Assembly (NCBI GenBank): GCA_965223005.1 | Contig: CBDCVK010000006.1 | Span: 96,001 to 160,000 of the forward strand | Length of the DNA: 64,000 bases | Direction of reading: 5' to 3' | From: Terriglobia bacterium | GTDB lineage: Bacteria > Acidobacteriota > Terriglobia > JAJPHL01 > JAPKYU01 | In this document: in pieces, positions 1-9,058 of the stretch | How positions within the stretch are numbered: the stretch's first letter is position 1 | Layout: each line of letters begins with the position of its first letter | The notes under the pieces: generated by a model | What the model saw: only the letters and a program-made list of their open reading frames with translations | Databases searched by the model: none | What the model was told of the DNA's origin: nothing | Translations under genes and position numbers: made by a program

Positions 1-849
1 GTTGCCTCGCGCAGCTCGGTAGACCTTTTCGCCCGAAGCGCGCCCGCGGTGGCTGACAACCACCTGGCCCCGGCTCAGGAACATGTCGGCGACGCTGACG
101 CCTTCCGATAGCAACCCGCCCTGGTTGCCCCGCAGGTCCAAGATCAGCCCGTGAAGGTTCTTTTGGTTCAGCTTCCTGAGCGCTTTGGCCAGTTCGCGGC
201 TGGTGGTCTCACTGAAGTTGGCGATCCTAATAAAGCCGATGCCGGGCCGAATTTCAAAGGCGTGCTCGATGCTGGGGCGGGGAATCTCGGCGCGGGTAAT
301 GGCAAACTCCAGCGGTGCCGGAGTCCCTTCACGTAACACCAAGACCCGGACGGTGGTCCCCTTGGGTCCCTTCAGCAACTCTGCCACCCCACTGGTGGAC
401 AGGTTATCGGTGGGTGTGTCGTCCACCTGCGCGATAATGTCGCCGGGCCGCAGACCGGCGTGATAAGCAGGCGAGCCAGCGAACGGCGCTACCACGATGG
501 TCTTGCCGCCGCGTGGAGCCACTGTCATGCCGACCCCGTAGTACTTGCCGCGCTGCTCTTCTCGCAGTAATTGAAAGCTCTTGGGATCGAAGAAATTCGA
601 GTGGGGGTCTAGGGTCCGCAACATCCCTTGAATTGCCCCGTGGTAAATTGCCTTCTCAGGATCTACCGCGTCAGCATAGTTTTCCTCCACCGCCGAGTAC
701 ACCTTGGTGAGCAGCCTGAGGCTGGCCCGGACATTGTCATTGCTGGTGCCCGGAGTCGCTTTGACCTGCCTCCCGTAGACCCCTGCCAACACGGCGCAGG
801 ACAGAATCACCAGTGGAATCGTCAACACGGATCTCCGCAAGCTGCTCAT
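1..849 (-). CDS. S41 family C-terminal processing protease (CtpA/Prc-like), runs off the window start
   Basis: Manual minus-strand translation: MSSLRRSVLTIPLVILSCAVLAG (signal peptide)...AIQGMLRTLDPHSNFF...GKYYGVGM...PDZ-like region...LILDLRGNQGGLL. Absent from the ORF track because no stop lies inside the window. Alternative ATG at 870. Confidence 0.9.
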   Translation of the reverse strand, partial: MSSLRRSVLTIPLVILSCAVLAGVYGRQVKATPGTSNDNVRASLRLLTKVYSAVEENYADAVDPEKAIYHGAIQGMLRTLDPHSNFFDPKSFQLLREEQRGKYYGVGMTVAPRGGKTIVVAPFAGSPAYHAGLRPGDIIAQVDDTPTDNLSTSGVAELLKGPKGTTVRVLVLREGTPAPLEFAITRAEIPRPSIEHAFEIRPGIGFIRIANFSETTSRELAKALRKLNQKNLHGLILDLRGNQGGLLSEGVSVADMFLSRGQVVVSHRGRASGEKVYRAARGN

Positions 850-984
850 GAACAGGCTCTCGTTACCCATCAGAGTATACCATGCGCGCCGGCCTTGCAT
901 ATGGGCTGACCAACCGGTGCGTTCGCTTCCCGGTTCATCAGCCCTGGAGGCGATTCGTCGCGGCCCAGCCAGTCTGGTTTGAGG

Positions 985-1014
985 TTGACGCCCTCCCGAC
1001 TCCAGGAATACTAT
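985..1014 (+). promoter_or_regulatory. sigma70-type promoter for tatA (probably leaderless mRNA)
   Basis: TTGACG (985-990), 18 nt, TACTAT (1009-1014); ATG starts after a 6-nt spacer and there is no SD. Confidence 0.6.
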
Positions 1015-1020
1015 TTAACT

Positions 1021-1356
1021 ATGGGGTACGTCGGGGTCCCTGAAATGGTCGTCATCTTCATCGTGGCCCTGCTCGTCTTTGGGCCCAGGAAGTTACCCGA
1101 ATTGGGTCGCTCGTTAGGGAGGGGCATCTCAGAATTCCGCCGGGCTTCCGCGGAGTTGCGAAGTTCTCTGGAACGCGAAATGCATAGCATTGAGCAGGAG
1201 ACTAAGTTCGACGAATTTACCCAGATCCCCGCCGAGCAGGAGACGAAGTTCGAGGAATCCAGCGAGACCCCCGCCGAGGTTTCCGCCAATAGCGTCACAG
1301 CAGTGGACGAGAGGAGCTCTCGCTCCGAGGCTTCCAGCGGCGAACGCCAGGATTGA
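1021..1356 (+). CDS. tatA: Twin-arginine translocase TatA/TatB family subunit
   Basis: MGYVGVPEMVVIFIVALLVFGPRKLPELGRSLGRGISEFR: TM helix, FGP hinge, amphipathic helix. Confidence 0.9.
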   Translation: MGYVGVPEMVVIFIVALLVFGPRKLPELGRSLGRGISEFRRASAELRSSLEREMHSIEQETKFDEFTQIPAEQETKFEESSETPAEVSANSVTAVDERSSRSEASSGERQD

Positions 1357-2351
1357 TGCCGAAGTTCTCGCCTACCTCCGAGGATCCCCGGACCGTGTCC
1401 CAGCAAGAAGCCCCGACTGCCGAGTCGGCTTCCGTTCCCCCTCCAACCGGGCAGGAGCAAGAAGAAACCCGCCCGAGCTCCGATGACCACGGGTCAGAAG
1501 TTTCCGCCCCAATGGATTATGAAACGCCGCCCGAAGCAGGAACTGGCGGCCGGGGGAGCCAACCGCCTCCTCCGGCTGGCGATGGCCCTGACGGCGAGGA
1601 GCCTGCAGAAGAAGAGATGGTCAAGATGTCATTCCTCGACCACCTCGACGAACTGCGCAAGCGCATCATCTATTCCTTGATCGCAGTGGCGGTCGCCTTC
1701 TTCATCTGCTTCAGTTTTGCAAGACGGATCTTCGACCACATGTCGGAGCCACTGCGGGCCACCCTTCGGGACATGGGCATGCAAGAGCAGCTCTACTTCA
1801 TCAAACCCACCGATGCCTTCACGCTCTACCTAAATCTGGCGCTGATTATTGGCCTGTTCCTGGCTTCACCGTTTGTCCTCTACCAGGTGTGGGCCTTCAT
1901 CACGCCCGGCCTCTACCAGCGCGAACGAAGGTACGCAGTTCCCTTTGTTTTCTTCTGCTCCTCTCTGTTTATCGGCGGCGGTCTGTTCGGCTACTACATC
2001 GCCTTCCCGTTTGCCCTCAGGTTTCTGCTTACCTTCGGCGGCGAGCGCCTGGTGCCCTGGATCACGGCCACCGAGTACATGAACACCTTCTGGACGGTCA
2101 TCCTGGGCCTGGGCATCATTTTTGAACTGCCGGTGATGATGTTGTTCCTGGGGCTGCTAGGGATTCTGACTCCGGGCTTTCTGATGCGGAACTTTCGGTA
2201 CGCGGTGCTGTTGATCGTCATAGTGGCAGCAGTGGTCACGCCCACCGCCGACATTATCAACCTGATGATTTTCGCCATGCCCATGATGGCTCTTTACATG
2301 GTCGGAGTGGGCTTGGTATGGCTGGTGACGCGGCGTCGCCGCACGACGTGA
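1356..2351 (+). CDS. tatC: Twin-arginine translocase TatC with a long acidic/Pro-rich N-terminal extension
   Basis: MSFLDHLDELRKRI, YQVWAFITPGLY, FELP and TPTAD motifs; TGATG overlap with tatA. Confidence 0.95.
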   Translation: MPKFSPTSEDPRTVSQQEAPTAESASVPPPTGQEQEETRPSSDDHGSEVSAPMDYETPPEAGTGGRGSQPPPPAGDGPDGEEPAEEEMVKMSFLDHLDELRKRIIYSLIAVAVAFFICFSFARRIFDHMSEPLRATLRDMGMQEQLYFIKPTDAFTLYLNLALIIGLFLASPFVLYQVWAFITPGLYQRERRYAVPFVFFCSSLFIGGGLFGYYIAFPFALRFLLTFGGERLVPWITATEYMNTFWTVILGLGIIFELPVMMLFLGLLGILTPGFLMRNFRYAVLLIVIVAAVVTPTADIINLMIFAMPMMALYMVGVGLVWLVTRRRRTT

Positions 2352-3286
2352 ACTCCTGCCCGGCGCTGCTTTTGGCACTATTGCTGGCCATCACGCCAGT
2401 TGCCTGTGCTTCGGAGAGCCCAGGGAGGCGACCCTCCCGCACAGCTGGTCCGGCGCCGCGCTTTTTCTCCGGCGCCCTCGCCTTGAAGCATGCCACCGAG
2501 CTGGCCAAAATTGGCCCGCGGCCTCCCGGCACCCCCGAGCATGAAAAGGCCCAGCAATACATCCTGACGCGTCTCCAACGCCTTGGAGTGCAACCCGAAG
2601 TGGACGCCTTCACGGCTGCAACTCCGGTCGGCCCCCGCCCAATGAAAAACATCGTGGCCAAATTTCCCGGCAGGAGCAAACGGGTCGTGTTGGTCGCCGG
2701 CCATTACGACACTAAGCTGGAAACGCGATTCCGTTTTGTTGGCGCCAACGATGGCGGTTCCAGCACCGGGCTACTATTGGAACTTGCTCGCGTGCTGAAG
2801 AATTCGCCGCCCGGCTGGTGCGAGGTCTGGCTGGCTTTTCTGGACGGGGAAGAATCCTTAGGCAGGCGTTGGACCCAGGCCGACTCCCTTTACGGGAGCC
2901 GGCGTATGGCCGAACGGCTCCGAGCTGCCGGGGAGCACCGCCGCCTGAGCGCAGTCCTGGTGGTGGACATGGTGGGCGACCGCAACCTGGACTTGCTTCG
3001 CGACTTGAACTCGACCGGCTGGCTCAATGAGCTGGTTCGCGACGTGGCCCAGCAGTTGGGGCAGGCGCAGGCATTCGGTGACCACACCACCGCTGTGGAA
3101 GACGACCACGTGCCGTTCAGTCGCATCGGCTTGCCTGTCGTCGACTTGATTGACATGAACTACGGTCCCAACAATTCCTTCTGGCACTCGGCTGAGGACA
3201 CTCCCGACAAGCTCAGCGCCCGCAGCTTGCAGGCGGTGGGGCGCATTGTGCTGGGCACGATCGCCGCGCTTGAACACAGAGAATAG
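2348..3286 (+). CDS. M28 family peptidase / glutaminyl-cyclase-like exported metalloenzyme
   Basis: GHYDTK, GANDGGSS, DGEE, DMVGD, DDHVPF, WHSAEDT motifs; signal peptide; GTGA overlap with the tatC stop. Confidence 0.85.
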   Translation: MNSCPALLLALLLAITPVACASESPGRRPSRTAGPAPRFFSGALALKHATELAKIGPRPPGTPEHEKAQQYILTRLQRLGVQPEVDAFTAATPVGPRPMKNIVAKFPGRSKRVVLVAGHYDTKLETRFRFVGANDGGSSTGLLLELARVLKNSPPGWCEVWLAFLDGEESLGRRWTQADSLYGSRRMAERLRAAGEHRRLSAVLVVDMVGDRNLDLLRDLNSTGWLNELVRDVAQQLGQAQAFGDHTTAVEDDHVPFSRIGLPVVDLIDMNYGPNNSFWHSAEDTPDKLSARSLQAVGRIVLGTIAALEHRE

Positions 3287-3343
3287 AGCTCGCTTCCGAC
3301 TGGCCGTTCGTCGGGAGTCGAGAACGGGTACAATTGGGGCTTC

Positions 3344-4297
3344 ATGCTCTGGTTCTGGGTTCTTTTTAACGTCTTTGTCGTCACCATGCTGGTGCTGGAC
3401 CTTGGGGTGTTTCACCGCAAGGCCCACGTCATCGAGCTCCGGGAAGCGCTGCGCTGGAGCGCCTTCTGGATCAGCCTAGCCCTTTCCTTTGCCGTGCTGG
3501 TGCTTTTCTGGCGCGGGGGGAACACCGCGCTCGAGTTTGTCACCGGCTACGTGATTGAGCTGTCCCTGAGCGTGGACAACCTGTTCGTCTTCCTGATGCT
3601 GTTCACCTATTTCCGCGTGCCTCGGGAGCACCAGTATAGGGTGTTGTTCTGGGGCATTGTCGGCGCGCTCGTCATGCGCGCTGCTTTCATTCTCGCCGGG
3701 GTGACACTCATTAGTAAGTTCCATTGGATCATCTACGTGTTTGGGGCGTTCCTGGTCTGGACCGGTTTCAAATTGTTCGGCGCTCACGACCGGCAAGTGA
3801 ATCCGGAAAAGAACCCTGTGTTGCGCCTCTTCCGCCGCTGGTGGCCAATCACCGAGACCTATGTGGGCGGAAAATTCTTCCATCGGGTCGGCCACCGCAC
3901 CTATGCCACGCCGCTGTTTGTGGTATTGCTGGTGGTGGAAACCACCGACATCATGTTTGCTGTGGATTCGGTTCCCGCCGTCCTGGCCATTACCCGCGAT
4001 CCGTTCATTGTTTATACCTCCAACGTCTTCGCCATCCTCGGGCTGCGCGCGCTTTACTTTTCGCTGGCTGGAATGATGACGATGTTTCACTACCTGAGCT
4101 ACGGCCTCGCCGTAATCCTGATGTTTGTCGGGACCAAGATGTTGGTCTCCGGCTTTTTTCACATTCCCATCACCGTGGCCCTCGGCGTGGTCGTGGCGGT
4201 CTTGGGGGGCTCTGTGGGCGCTTCGCTGATCTTTCCCAAGAAGCAAGACGAGAAGCTGGTGGAAGGGGCGCGCCATCCAGTGGAAGCGGATCAGTGA
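3344..4297 (+). CDS. TerC/Alx family membrane protein
   Basis: ELSLSVDNLFVF, ETTDIMFAVDSVPA, YTSNVFAILGLRALYF. Confidence 0.92.
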   Translation: MLWFWVLFNVFVVTMLVLDLGVFHRKAHVIELREALRWSAFWISLALSFAVLVLFWRGGNTALEFVTGYVIELSLSVDNLFVFLMLFTYFRVPREHQYRVLFWGIVGALVMRAAFILAGVTLISKFHWIIYVFGAFLVWTGFKLFGAHDRQVNPEKNPVLRLFRRWWPITETYVGGKFFHRVGHRTYATPLFVVLLVVETTDIMFAVDSVPAVLAITRDPFIVYTSNVFAILGLRALYFSLAGMMTMFHYLSYGLAVILMFVGTKMLVSGFFHIPITVALGVVVAVLGGSVGASLIFPKKQDEKLVEGARHPVEADQ

Positions 4298-4318
4298 GCT
4301 TTTATCGTGGTGCGCCGA

Positions 4319-5905
4319 TCAGCGGAAAGTGACCTTCGTGCCAGCGCGGCCCGAGGAGTGCTTTTTGAATTTATCGATCTTGTAAGGGAAGTCCGAGCGG
4401 TAATGGGCGCCGCGGCTTTCCTCGCGGGCCAGGGCAGCGGTGGCGATCAATTCCGCCACAACCAGCATGTTACGGTACTCGAAGGCGGAACGGCTGGCCG
4501 GCCCGGTGTCGGCGGCCGCCGCGGTCCCCTCTAGCTGTTCGGTGCGCTGCTGGAGCCTTTCCACCAACAGACGCAGTTCCTTGCCGCAGCGGATGATACC
4601 GGCGTGCTTCCACAACAGCTCGCGCAGTTCGCGGATGCCGGCTTGCGGGTCTGCTGCGAGGGTGGGCAACCTTGGCGTTGGGCCATGGGGAGGCGCCTCC
4701 GGCACCGCATCCGACACCATGGCCTTTCCGGTCCGCGCTCCGAAGACCAAACCCTCCAGGAGCGAGTTGGAGGCCAAACGGTTGGCCCCGTGCACGCCAG
4801 TGCAGGCCACCTCGCCCGCCGCATACAGGCCCGGCAGAGTTGTGCGCCCCTCCAGATCGGTGGCCACGCCGCCCATTGCATAGTGGGCCGCCGGCCGCAC
4901 CGGGGCTGGCTCGGTTGCCAGATCAATGTTGAACTCCAGGCAGGTGGAGTAAATCCGCGGAAAGCGCTTGCGAAGATACTCCGCCTCCATGTGCGTCAGG
5001 TCGAGGAAGGCATATTCGGTGTGGGTGCGCTGCAGCTCGGAAAGGATGTCACGGGAGAGCACGTCGCGCGGCGCCAGCTCGGCGTCCGGGTGATACCGTG
5101 GCATAAAGCGAAGGAACTCAGCGTTCTGCAAGATGGCTCCTTCGCCGCGCAGCGCCTCCGACAGCAGGAAGCGCGGTGCGCCTTTCAGGTAGAGCGCCGT
5201 GGGGTGAAACTGGACGAACTCCATGTCGCTCACCTCGGCGCCGGCACGATAAGCGATCGCCACCCCGTCGCCGGTTGCGACTTCCGGATTGGTGGAGTCA
5301 CGATAAACCTGGCACAGGCCGCCGGTGGCCAGCAGCACCGCGCGGGCCACGATGCTCTTCAGGCTGTTGTCCTGCTGGTCGTACACCACTGCGCCGGCCA
5401 CGCGCCCGCCTTCCACAAGCAGCTCGGTGGTGGAGGAAAAGCTGTGAAAGCAGACTTGCTTGCCAAAGTCTCGGGCGCGGGCGAACAGAGTCCGCACGAT
5501 CTCCCGCCCGGTTGAGTCCCCATGGGCGTGCAAGACCCGTGATCGGCTGTGGGCTCCTTCGCGGCTGAACGCCAGCTTCTTGCCGGCGCGGTCGAACTGC
5601 GTGCCCCACTCAATGAGTTCCCGAATGTAGCGGGGGCCTTCCTCGACGAGCGCGTCTACTGCCGTCTCGGTGCACAGCTCGTCGCCCACCCGCAATGTGT
5701 CCTGGCGGTGCAACCTGACCTCATCCTCGTCGCCGAGCGCGACGGCAACGCCGCCTTGGGCGTACTCGCTGGCTGATTCTGACAGTTGGTCCTTTGCGAG
5801 CACCATCACCCGCCCCGCTGATGCCAGCTCCACTGCAGCTCGCAGACCAGCGACGCCGCACCCGATGACCAGGAAATCGGTGCTTGTCACCGCGGGGAGG
5901 GTCAT
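4319..5905 (-). CDS. nadB: L-aspartate oxidase
   Basis: GCGVAG FAD motif, AQGGVA, EGAHSRSRVLH, QFHPT, SEALRGEG, HYAMGG, GVHGANRLASNSLLEG, ESRGAHYR; start placed at ATG 5905. Confidence 0.95.
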   Translation of the reverse strand: MTLPAVTSTDFLVIGCGVAGLRAAVELASAGRVMVLAKDQLSESASEYAQGGVAVALGDEDEVRLHRQDTLRVGDELCTETAVDALVEEGPRYIRELIEWGTQFDRAGKKLAFSREGAHSRSRVLHAHGDSTGREIVRTLFARARDFGKQVCFHSFSSTTELLVEGGRVAGAVVYDQQDNSLKSIVARAVLLATGGLCQVYRDSTNPEVATGDGVAIAYRAGAEVSDMEFVQFHPTALYLKGAPRFLLSEALRGEGAILQNAEFLRFMPRYHPDAELAPRDVLSRDILSELQRTHTEYAFLDLTHMEAEYLRKRFPRIYSTCLEFNIDLATEPAPVRPAAHYAMGGVATDLEGRTTLPGLYAAGEVACTGVHGANRLASNSLLEGLVFGARTGKAMVSDAVPEAPPHGPTPRLPTLAADPQAGIRELRELLWKHAGIIRCGKELRLLVERLQQRTEQLEGTAAAADTGPASRSAFEYRNMLVVAELIATAALAREESRGAHYRSDFPYKIDKFKKHSSGRAGTKVTFR

Positions 5906-6051
5906 GTCGAGTGGATGATACCACGCCTGACCTGCTCCGATAGCGAGGCGCGCAACGCCGCAATTCGACGCGTCCACCATGCCACGCCGAGAATTTCTAG
6001 CCTGACCGCTTTTCTCGGATGGGATCGGCGTGGTACAAGCAAGCTACGGGC

Positions 6052-7158
6052 ATGAAGATGGCAAAAGCTTCTGGGGCGATCACAGTGCATGCGTCCAGCG
6101 CGCGCTACCAAGTACTGGTCGAGCGCGGCTTGCTGGCGCACGCCGGGCGGCTGCTCGACAAGGTGGCAGGCGGGCGGCCATGGGTGGTCGTCACGGACAA
6201 GGTTGTTTGGAAGAATTGGGGCAGGGCACTCGGTTCCGCGCTGGCCCCGCGAAGCTACGGTCTATTGCGCATTCCTCCTGGGGAACAACAGAAAAACTTT
6301 CGCACTGCCGAACGCCTATGTGAGCAACTCGTGCGGCAGAGGGCGGACCGCAATAGTCTTCTGATCGGCTTCGGCGGCGGCGTGATTGGGGACTTGACGT
6401 CCTTCGTCGCTTCCATTTTTCTGCGCGGGGTTGACTATGTCCACATTCCAACCACGCTACTGGCGCAGATTGACAGCTCGGTGGGTGGAAAAACCGGCGT
6501 GAACCTGCGCGCGGGCAAAAATCTAGTGGGCACCTTCTACCAGCCCCGGCAGGTACTGGCTGACCCGGAAGTGTTGCGCACGCTGCCGGTACGTGAGCTG
6601 CGCGCGGGTTTGTACGAGGCCGTCAAGGCGGGAATCATCCTTGACAAGGGCCTGTTTGAATTTGTTGAGCGGCGCCGCAAGCACCTGTTGAAGAAGAATC
6701 CCGACGAACTGGCCGAGCTGGTGCGGCGCTCGGTCGCGATCAAGGCCTGGGTCGTGGCCCGGGATGAAAAGGAAAGCGGCCTGCGACGCATCTTGAACCT
6801 CGGGCACACTGTCGGCCACGCTCTGGAAGCCGAGACCGGCTATCGCTATTTCCTGCATGGTGAAGCGGTCGCCTGGGGCCTTCGAGCGGCAACCCGGCTC
6901 GCCGAGGAACAGCGGTTGATTGCGAAGGCAGAAGCCGAGCGGATCCACGCCTTGGTGAAGAGCCTGGGGCCTTTGCCGCCGCTGGGTCGCGTGGCGCCGG
7001 CGAGGCTGGCGGCGCGCATGCGGGCGGATAAAAAAACGCATCGGGGTGTGCTGCATTTTATCCTGCCTGAAAAAATCGGGAAGGTACGAATCGTGCCCGG
7101 AATCGAGGCCGACGCAGTGGTGCGAGTCTTGGAACGCCTGCGTAGGGAGCAGGCATGA
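6052..7158 (+). CDS. aroB: 3-dehydroquinate synthase
   Basis: GGGVIGD, PTTLLAQIDSSVGGKTGVN, KNLVGTFYQP, LNLGHTVGHALE, HGEAV. Confidence 0.95.
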   Translation: MKMAKASGAITVHASSARYQVLVERGLLAHAGRLLDKVAGGRPWVVVTDKVVWKNWGRALGSALAPRSYGLLRIPPGEQQKNFRTAERLCEQLVRQRADRNSLLIGFGGGVIGDLTSFVASIFLRGVDYVHIPTTLLAQIDSSVGGKTGVNLRAGKNLVGTFYQPRQVLADPEVLRTLPVRELRAGLYEAVKAGIILDKGLFEFVERRRKHLLKKNPDELAELVRRSVAIKAWVVARDEKESGLRRILNLGHTVGHALEAETGYRYFLHGEAVAWGLRAATRLAEEQRLIAKAEAERIHALVKSLGPLPPLGRVAPARLAARMRADKKTHRGVLHFILPEKIGKVRIVPGIEADAVVRVLERLRREQA

Positions 7159-7916
7159 AGGGCGCGCCCCCTCGCTCTCCCCATTCGGTGCTGCGGACTC
7201 CAGGGACTGCGCCGGGGGCTGCTTATGTACGTGAGATGTTCGCGCGCGTCGCTCCCCGGTACGATTTCCTCAACCATTTGCTGTCGCTCGAGGCGGACCG
7301 ATGGTGGCGGCGGACAGTAGCCCATCGCTTTCGGCGCACCCTGGAGCGGCCGGGGACGCGCGCGCTCGACCTGTGTTGCGGCACCGCTGATCTTGCCCTG
7401 AGCCTGGCCACAGTGGCGGATCCTTTGGCGTGCATCATCGGCGCCGACTTCTGCCACCCCATGCTGCAACGCGGGCGGACCAAACTGCTCCGCCGCGGCT
7501 TTCTCCCACTGTTAGCCGAAGCCGATGCGCTGGTGCTGCCATTCGCAGACAGCTCATTCCACCTCGTGACCGCGGCGTTCGGTTTTCGCAATCTGGCCAA
7601 CTACGAGGCAGGCCTCCGCGAGATCTTCCGCGTGCTGATGCCCGGCGGAGAAGCCGGCATCCTGGAATTCTCTCAGCCACAGTCGTCGCTTCTTGGACCG
7701 CTGTACAATTTCTACTTCCGCCGCGTGCTGCCTCGCGTCGGGGGTGCCTTCTCCGGAGATGCCGGAGCTTATCAATACCTAGTGAAGTCGGTGGCGGAGT
7801 TTCCCTCGCCCGCGGGTTTTGCCTGCTGGATGAGGGAAGCGGGCTTTGCGGGAGTCACATTCCAAACATTAACGGGCGGGATCGCCTGCCTTCACACCGG
7901 CCAACGGCCGGCTTGA
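7155..7916 (+). CDS. ubiE: UbiE/MenG quinone biosynthesis C-methyltransferase
   Basis: MFARVAPRYDFLNHLLS, LDLCCGTAD, FGFRN, AYQYL. Confidence 0.9.
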   Translation: MKGAPPRSPHSVLRTPGTAPGAAYVREMFARVAPRYDFLNHLLSLEADRWWRRTVAHRFRRTLERPGTRALDLCCGTADLALSLATVADPLACIIGADFCHPMLQRGRTKLLRRGFLPLLAEADALVLPFADSSFHLVTAAFGFRNLANYEAGLREIFRVLMPGGEAGILEFSQPQSSLLGPLYNFYFRRVLPRVGGAFSGDAGAYQYLVKSVAEFPSPAGFACWMREAGFAGVTFQTLTGGIACLHTGQRPA

Positions 7917-7957
7917 ATCGTGCCCGGCAGTGGCGTATTCTCCCTGGAAGCAGACCG

Positions 7958-8299
7958 ATGGAAGTACGCTTGGAATACGACGGTCCGTTTGCGGTGGTCC
8001 ATCTCCAGGGGGACTTGCGCCTGTGGGGAAAGCAGGGGATGGCCGATAACATCCGCAAGACCGTACTGGAGGCGGTCAAGAGCAACCAGATCGTGGTGAT
8101 CAACCTGACAGAGGCGCACACCGTGGACAGCCGTGGCATCGGCTGTCTTGCCCGCTGCCTGGCTAGCGCCGTCGCCCAGGGCGGTGAATTGCGCCTGGTG
8201 GTCCCGCCCGGCCGCCTGCGCCGTGTCCTGGAGGATGTTCGCCTTCTCTCCGTTTTTCCCGCTTACGACACCGTCTCCGCTGCCAGCCAAAGCCGCTAG
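7958..8299 (+). CDS. STAS domain protein (anti-sigma antagonist-like)
   Basis: Real gene is the 3' part of ORF 7430..8299: MEVRLEYDGPFAVVHLQGDL...VVINLTEAHTVDSRGIGCL... Confidence 0.8.
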   Translation: MEVRLEYDGPFAVVHLQGDLRLWGKQGMADNIRKTVLEAVKSNQIVVINLTEAHTVDSRGIGCLARCLASAVAQGGELRLVVPPGRLRRVLEDVRLLSVFPAYDTVSAASQSR

Positions 8300-8357
8300 C
8301 GTACCGCTCGTCTCTGCTAGCGTACCGCTCGTCTCTGCTAGCGTACCGCTCGTCTCT
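8295..8357. repeat. Perfect 21-bp tandem repeat x3 (GCTAGCGTACCGCTCGTCTCT) between convergent genes
   Basis: Units at 8295, 8316 and 8337; the first unit contains the STAS stop codon. Confidence 0.95.
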
Positions 8358-8381
8358 GGTTGTTGCTGGGTGGAGGAATCG

Positions 8382-9008
8382 CTAGCGGGAGGCGTGTTGT
8401 TGGAAATGAGTGGCTAGGCCGGCCACAATCTGGTCCATGCTCTCGCGCAGGCATTCGTTCAGCGCCCGGACGACACCTTCTACAGAACGCTCACCAACCG
8501 GCGCTTCGTGGGAGCCCTCCCCTGACCAGACTCGCGTTCGGGTCTTGACCTCCACCAGTTCGACGCTCAAGCCAACTCGGGCAGACACGCTCCCTGCGGA
8601 ATCCACTTCTTCCAGGTGTTCGACGCGACCGCGCAGCAGGTAGTCGGCGCGAGAGGCGCCCCGCGTACCCGTCACCGAACGGAACATCCCCGAGCGCCGG
8701 AGGTGGGAGATCAGGTTTTGCGTGATCAGGTCCGGAGGCGTGTCTACCCAGCGGTGGTACTCGTAAAAGTCCACGCGGTGAGGGCCGGGCCTGTACATGA
8801 GCCGGTCCTGGGAGAGCGCCTGGCTGGCCCGGAAGCGGGTCACCGCGATCTCCACGCCCGTGGTGGCGGCCGGCGGCGGAACCGGCAGCGACGATTCCAG
8901 CGTGTAGTAGTGGCTCGGGGGAACTTTTCCGCAGCCGACAAACGACAGCAGCAACAACGCCGCTGCGACGCCGGCTAGTGACCTCTGAGCTGCGGGACGG
9001 GCCCTCAT
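8382..9008 (-). CDS. ABC-type transport auxiliary lipoprotein (PqiC-like)
   Basis: Lipobox VGC, HYYTL, YHRWVDTPPDL; last gene of the Mce operon. Confidence 0.85.
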   Translation of the reverse strand: MRARPAAQRSLAGVAAALLLLSFVGCGKVPPSHYYTLESSLPVPPPAATTGVEIAVTRFRASQALSQDRLMYRPGPHRVDFYEYHRWVDTPPDLITQNLISHLRRSGMFRSVTGTRGASRADYLLRGRVEHLEEVDSAGSVSARVGLSVELVEVKTRTRVWSGEGSHEAPVGERSVEGVVRALNECLRESMDQIVAGLATHFQQHASR

Positions 9009-9058
9009 TACTCTTGGCTCCTTGACGTTGCCCGCGACCTCACACGATCGCTGGCTGC

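Noticed and set aside
7430-7957. N-terminal part of the 289-aa ORF as a fusion to STAS
   Set aside because: Out-of-frame overlap with ubiE; the STAS domain starts at ATG 7958
8295-8357. Possible CRISPR array or synthetic scar (each unit contains GCTAGC and CGTCTC sites)
   Set aside because: Units are contiguous with no spacers and no cas genes; there is no other sign of engineered DNA
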